Origin: Candidatus Sulfomarinibacteraceae bacterium
Lineage (GTDB): Bacteria; Acidobacteriota; Thermoanaerobaculia; Thermoanaerobaculales; Sulfomarinibacteraceae
Length of the DNA: 64,000 nucleotides
NCBI GenBank assembly: GCA_963796455.1
Contig: CAWCLO010000001.1
Location: 672,001-736,000, forward strand
Direction of reading: 5' to 3'
Shown here: positions 59,251-64,000 of the stretch, in pieces
How the letters are laid out: each line of letters opens with the position of its first letter
How positions within the stretch are numbered: the stretch's first letter is position 1
The notes under the pieces: model-generated
Told to the model about the DNA's origin: nothing
The model's input: the letters and a program-made list of their open reading frames with translations, nothing else
Databases searched by the model: none
Translations under genes and position numbers: made by a program

Positions 59251-61173
59251 CTAGGCACCGTACTGCTTGATCGCTGCATCCAGTCTGGGCAGCAGGACAT
59301 AGATGAATCCCGCCACGCCAAGGATCGCGACCGCGAGCACCACGAACATCATGGTCGAGGGCTCGAGACCGCTGATAAAGCCGGATAGCTTGTTGCCGAT
59401 CGATGTCGACAGGAACCACCCGCCCATCATCAGACCGACCAGCCGTTTGGGCGCCAGTTTGGTCACCAATGACAGACCCATCGGCGACAAACAGAGCTCG
59501 CCGACCGTGATCACCAGGTAATAGATCACCAGCCACATCATCGCCGTCTTGATGGCACCATCCTGTCCGACCCAGGCGCCAAACGCCATCACCAGGAGAG
59601 AAAGCGAAGTAATCACCATGCCGTAGAAGATCTTGCGCGCAGTCGAGATCGGCCGGCCGCGAGTGGCCAACCAGGCGAAGAACCACACGACGAGCGGCGT
59701 CATGGCGACAACAAAGACCGGGTTCAGCAGGGCAGTCAGCATCTCGGCATTGACCAGCTTGAGATAACCCCCCGGCGCGAGCTCCGGCGTATCAGAACCC
59801 GCTTTGGCAAAGACTGCGTCAAAGGTCGGTTGCGAAACCAGGAGAACCGGGACCGTCTTGCCATCAATCGTCCGACCGAGAAGCACCCGGCGAAGTTCTG
59901 CAGCATTCTCCGGGCTGACCTTGACGCTCGTGGTCGTCACTCCGTGGGAATCTTTGCCGGTGACGATCTGGACATTGTCATCGTTGAAGACGCCGCAGGC
60001 CAGAAATCTTTCGTCAGCCGCGAAGGCCGTGGGATCCATGACTTGGATGTCCAGACCCGGGTTGGCCTCGAATTCATCGACCAGGCTCTTGCTCAGAATC
60101 CTCGACCCGAACATTGCCTCAGCAGCTGAATCGACCAACCCAAGGGTCCGCGGGTCGGGTCGGGGATCGTTCGGGCCCGCATTCGAAAAGTAGGTTGGCA
60201 TCGCCTTTTGCGCATAGACATTGGCGGCATTGGGAATCCACTCGGCGCGGCGGTCGGTATCGTTCTCCGCAAAGACCGTCATCAAACCACCACTCAGGTG
60301 GAGGACCATGAAGAAGGTACCGCCGGCGATAAACACCGGGATGAGGGCCGCCAGGCCTGGTTTCTCTTCGGGCGACGCCTTCTTCACGAGAATCACAAAG
60401 TAGGCAGCGATCGGAAGCATGCCGACGAGGAAGGCAAAGGTCACAGGTCCAATGGTGTTGACGACAAACGGCAGATACTGGCCGACAAAATAGCCGCCGA
60501 TACCAAATACCGCTGCAGGCAGAAGGATCGTCATCACGATCTGCTTCATGCTGACATCATCCGGGCTCGGCGCCGTCCGCGGTGGATCGGCCGCCGCGAG
60601 GGCTTTCCATTGAACAGACAAGATCACAACTGAAACAAGCAAACCGACCCCGGCGGCGGTGAAGGCGAGATTGAAGCTCCACAAATTCCTCAGCGGCGCC
60701 GACAACAAGGCCGAGGCGGCGGCTCCGATGTTGATGCCCATATAAAAGATATTGAAACCGGCATCGCGCTTTGGATCGCCGGGCTCGTAGAGGTTTCCGA
60801 CCATTGCCGAGATATTCGGCTTGAAGAGGCCGTTCCCGAGGCACAGGAGAATCAGCCCACCGTAGAAGGTCGGCATGCTCCGGATCCCGAGGCCGAAATA
60901 GCCGAGGGCCATCAGGAGACCGCCGATGAACACCGACTTGCGGAAGCCGAGGTAGCGGTCGGCGATCATACCTCCGAGGAACGGAGTGAAGTACACGAAC
61001 GCCAGATAGGTGCCGTAGATTTCGCCGGCGGTGGCGTTGGAGAGGCCCAACCCGCCGCGCTCGGTGTCGATGATGTAGAGGTACAAGATACCGACCATCA
61101 GATAGAAGCCCAACCGCTCCCACATCTCGGTGAAGAACAGAGACTTCAGGCCTTTCGGGTGACCAGCCAACAT
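59251..61173 (-). CDS. Proton-dependent oligopeptide transporter (POT/PTR) with a large soluble insertion
   Basis: GHPKGL, TEMWER, GGMIADRYLG, GLFKPNIS, FNIFYMGINIG, GELCLSPMGLS. Confidence 0.93.
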   Translation of the reverse strand: MLAGHPKGLKSLFFTEMWERLGFYLMVGILYLYIIDTERGGLGLSNATAGEIYGTYLAFVYFTPFLGGMIADRYLGFRKSVFIGGLLMALGYFGLGIRSMPTFYGGLILLCLGNGLFKPNISAMVGNLYEPGDPKRDAGFNIFYMGINIGAAASALLSAPLRNLWSFNLAFTAAGVGLLVSVVILSVQWKALAAADPPRTAPSPDDVSMKQIVMTILLPAAVFGIGGYFVGQYLPFVVNTIGPVTFAFLVGMLPIAAYFVILVKKASPEEKPGLAALIPVFIAGGTFFMVLHLSGGLMTVFAENDTDRRAEWIPNAANVYAQKAMPTYFSNAGPNDPRPDPRTLGLVDSAAEAMFGSRILSKSLVDEFEANPGLDIQVMDPTAFAADERFLACGVFNDDNVQIVTGKDSHGVTTTSVKVSPENAAELRRVLLGRTIDGKTVPVLLVSQPTFDAVFAKAGSDTPELAPGGYLKLVNAEMLTALLNPVFVVAMTPLVVWFFAWLATRGRPISTARKIFYGMVITSLSLLVMAFGAWVGQDGAIKTAMMWLVIYYLVITVGELCLSPMGLSLVTKLAPKRLVGLMMGGWFLSTSIGNKLSGFISGLEPSTMMFVVLAVAILGVAGFIYVLLPRLDAAIKQYGA

Positions 61174-61380
61174 GTATTCACTCCCTTGGATTTGATCGAT
61201 CTGCCGTGCTGCGGCTCGATTCGAGCCAGCGATATCGTACAGTAACCGGCCACAGCAACCTATTTTTTTTCCGAGACCTCCATCGCTGCTGTACAGCGGC
61301 TGAGGTATGAAAAAGACTGGGCGAAAGGGGGAAAGCGAGAAAGGGTGACCCGTCCTCGAACCTATCGCGCCAATGCTCGG

Positions 61381-61416
61381 GCTCCCCTGCTCCCTTGCTC
61401 CCTTGCTCCCTTCCCT
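61381..61416. repeat. Octamer array (GCTCCCTT)x4
   Basis: gctcccct gctccctt gctccctt gctccctt; purine-rich GNGAAAGG units at 61321-61345. Confidence 0.8.
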
Positions 61417-61448
61417 ACGTCCGAATCCGAGATCATCGAGGGGCCGGA

Positions 61449-62993
61449 TCAAGGCTGGAGATAGAGCTCCGCGCCCGGGCCCAGCGGCAGACCGAGTAAC
61501 AGCCAGCCCACCAGCAGGATCATCCAGACAATCAAGAAGGCAATGGAGTACGGCAGCATGGTGGCGATCACCGTGCCGATGCCGCCCTTGGGCTCATAAC
61601 GCTGGAAGAAGGCCACGATCAGGGCGAAGAAGGACATCATCGGCGAGATGATGTTCGTGGCGCTGTCGCCGATGCGGTACACGCCCTGCACGAGTTCCGG
61701 CGAATAGCCGAGCAGCATGAACATCGGGATGAAGACCGGCGCCATGAACGCCCATTTTGCCGAGGCGCTGCCCATGCAGAGGTTGATGAGCGCCGCGAGC
61801 AGGATGAAGGAAAGCATCAATGGTATGGGCCCCAGACCCGAGGCCTTGAGGACCTCAGCACCCTTGATCGCGGAGATCATCCCGAGATTGGTGTACTTGA
61901 AATAGGCAACGAACTGCGCGGCGAAGAAAACCAGAACCATGTACAGGCCGAGCGACTCCATTGACTCCTTCATGCCCTTGATCACATCTGAATCGCTCTT
62001 GAATGTCCCGGCTGCAAAACCATACGCGAGCCCCGCCAACAGACCGCCGAGAAAGATGAATGTGACGATGCCATGCATGAATGGCGAGTACAGGACGCTC
62101 CCCGTTTCGGAATTGCGCAGAATCCCGTTCTCCGGCACCAGCCCGATCAGGACCAGCACCAGCAGGACGAGGCTGACCGCCAATGCCGACCAAAGGCCCC
62201 TTTTCTCGGCCGCGGTCATGTCGCGCAATTCTTCGCCCTCGGCCACCGCCTCACCGTGGTATTCGCCGAGACGGGGTTCGACGATCTTTTCGGTCACCCA
62301 GGTGCCGACCGCCGAAACCAAAAATGTCGAAACCACCATGAAGTAATAGTTGCAGGCAGGCGTGACTGTGTACGAGGGATCGACGATGCGGGCCGCCTCC
62401 TGGCTGATGCCCGCCAACAATGGGTCGATTGTGCCGAGAAGCAGGTTGGCGCTGAAACCGCCCGAGACCCCGGCAAAGGCCGCCGCAAGACCCGCCAGGG
62501 GGTGGCGCCCGACCGAGAGGAAAATGATGGCGCCCAGCGGCACCAGCAGCACATAGCCGACATCGCTGGCCATATTCGACATTACCCCGGCAAAAACCAG
62601 GGCAAAGGTCATCAGCCGGCGCGGGGCCGAGTGCACCAACAGGCGGATTGCTGAAGCGATGAGGCCGCTTTTTTCGGCCACACCGATACCGAGCATGGCC
62701 ACCAGAACGGTCCCCAACGGTGCAAAGCCGGTAAAATTGTCGATCGTGTGTTCGAGGATCCAGTGCAGGCCGTCACGAGAGATGAGATTGATCGGCAGAA
62801 CCGCCACCCCGTCCCTCGGGTTGATGGCGGACAGCCCGAGCTTGGCAAAAAACCATGACAGCCCGACCAGTACTGCGGCGAAGATCGCGAAAAGGGTCGC
62901 TGGGTGCGGCAGGGCGTTGCCGATTTTTTCAACGGCAGTCAGAAAACGAGAAGTCAGCGAGTGCCGCGCGCCTTTTACGGTTTTTTTACCCAT
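61449..62993 (-). CDS. abgT: AbgT family transporter
   Basis: [55 protein letters not shown]. Confidence 0.93.
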   Translation of the reverse strand: MGKKTVKGARHSLTSRFLTAVEKIGNALPHPATLFAIFAAVLVGLSWFFAKLGLSAINPRDGVAVLPINLISRDGLHWILEHTIDNFTGFAPLGTVLVAMLGIGVAEKSGLIASAIRLLVHSAPRRLMTFALVFAGVMSNMASDVGYVLLVPLGAIIFLSVGRHPLAGLAAAFAGVSGGFSANLLLGTIDPLLAGISQEAARIVDPSYTVTPACNYYFMVVSTFLVSAVGTWVTEKIVEPRLGEYHGEAVAEGEELRDMTAAEKRGLWSALAVSLVLLVLVLIGLVPENGILRNSETGSVLYSPFMHGIVTFIFLGGLLAGLAYGFAAGTFKSDSDVIKGMKESMESLGLYMVLVFFAAQFVAYFKYTNLGMISAIKGAEVLKASGLGPIPLMLSFILLAALINLCMGSASAKWAFMAPVFIPMFMLLGYSPELVQGVYRIGDSATNIISPMMSFFALIVAFFQRYEPKGGIGTVIATMLPYSIAFLIVWMILLVGWLLLGLPLGPGAELYLQP

Positions 62994-63114
62994 AAACTAT
63001 TGCCCCCCACTATTGGTTGGTCGATTCTACATGGGAGATTGCCGTTGGTTTTTGGAATCTTGGAACGGTACTTACCTGTTATCATCACCAGCGAACTTTT
63101 TAAAGGAGACCGAC

Positions 63115-63834
63115 ATGAAACAGAAAACTTCCCGAACCGGCGTCTTTGTTGTCGCGGCCGCCATGACGATTTGCTTCATTCTGACCGCCGTTCCGGCCCC
63201 CGCAGAGGAAAAGGCGCCGGCGAACAAGATGGTCCCCCGCGGCGAGTACGTCCGCCAGGGCTACAACGACGAGGCGACATTGGTTGTCGGATATAAGACT
63301 GCAAATCTCTCGGTCGGCAAGGAGTGGATGCTACTCGAGCTGGCATTTACCGTCTTCCCGGGCAACAACCAGTCCGTCAAGAGAGAGCAATTTGCCCTCG
63401 AAACTCCCGACGGAACAATGATCCAGATGGCCACACAGACCGAAGCTCAGGCTGAGACTTCAACCTTGAAGGCCCTGAACGCACGGGCCGACATCCAGCG
63501 TGAGCCGGTCAACTACCTGCCGAAACAGGCCCAGGTCGCCACCCCGATGTCATTTTTCGCCAACCCAGGCACACCGGGTGACCTCCCCTTCGATGTTTTT
63601 GGCGCCAGCGCTGAACAGGGCCGCTACGGCCGCATCTTCTTCAAAGTCCCCGGCGGCATCAAGTACGGCAGGTATTTCCTCCACCTCAAGCTCGCCAAGA
63701 GCCAGTTGACGGTTCCGTTGTACATCATGACCAAGGACCAATTGAAGGAAGCGAAAGCAAAATACAAAGAGTACGTGAAGGAACAAAAGAAGATCGCCAA
63801 GGAAGAAAAGAAAAAGGCCCAGGGCGGAAGCTGA
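63115..63834 (+). CDS. Hypothetical exported protein with a Lys-rich tail
   Basis: AAGGAG RBS, signal peptide ending APA, downstream terminator. Confidence 0.75.
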   Translation: MKQKTSRTGVFVVAAAMTICFILTAVPAPAEEKAPANKMVPRGEYVRQGYNDEATLVVGYKTANLSVGKEWMLLELAFTVFPGNNQSVKREQFALETPDGTMIQMATQTEAQAETSTLKALNARADIQREPVNYLPKQAQVATPMSFFANPGTPGDLPFDVFGASAEQGRYGRIFFKVPGGIKYGRYFLHLKLAKSQLTVPLYIMTKDQLKEAKAKYKEYVKEQKKIAKEEKKKAQGGS

Positions 63835-63854
63835 GTCGTTCACCGATCATTTTC

Positions 63855-63886
63855 AAAGAGCCCGGAACTCCGGGCTCTTTTTTTTT
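63855..63886 (+). terminator. Intrinsic terminator
   Basis: AAAGAGCCCGGA-AC-TCCGGGCTCTTT followed by a T run. Confidence 0.92.
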
Positions 63887-64000
63887 CTCTCAAATCTCTG
63901 CACGCAATCCTCGAAAGATCCGCCTTGACCTCCCCGCGAATCCGCTTTAGCGTTTTGGCAGCAACCTTTGATGAGATACGTGACGGGGGAACGAATTCGG

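Overview
A GC-rich bacterial chromosomal segment. ADOP-type ABC permeases, a Ser/Thr kinase with beta-propeller repeats and a futalosine-pathway gene suggest Acidobacteriota, possibly Thermoanaerobaculia (inference). It holds about 45 mostly housekeeping or envelope genes: ccoI/ccoS, queA, a sigma54-controlled ABC exporter with its two-component system, an RND pump with a TetR regulator, mqnD, pgi, a tetraheme cytochrome c, tdk, a 2-oxoacid dehydrogenase operon, a TonB receptor, glycosyltransferases, and POT and AbgT transporters. The main discovery is intergenic: six copies (about 19.5, 28.9, 31.6, 50.5, 53.3 and 58.3 kb) of a transposase-free element. It has 19-bp imperfect terminal inverted repeats (CAC...GTG) and appears inserted at the AT of GATGCNN heptamer arrays with a 2-bp duplication. 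Its arms are mirror-image CAG/CTG word repeats. The full-length copy carries a four-helix-bundle (23S-IVP/Avd-like) gene behind a hairpin that would sequester its ribosome-binding site. The other copies form a frameshift and deletion series, and two carry a REP-like doublet in place of the gene. Many other intergenic gaps hold 7-, 8- or 9/10-mer tandem arrays, often as inverted pairs. I recognised no rRNA, tRNA, CRISPR array, transposase or reverse transcriptase. All calls come from reading motifs by eye; no database search was run.
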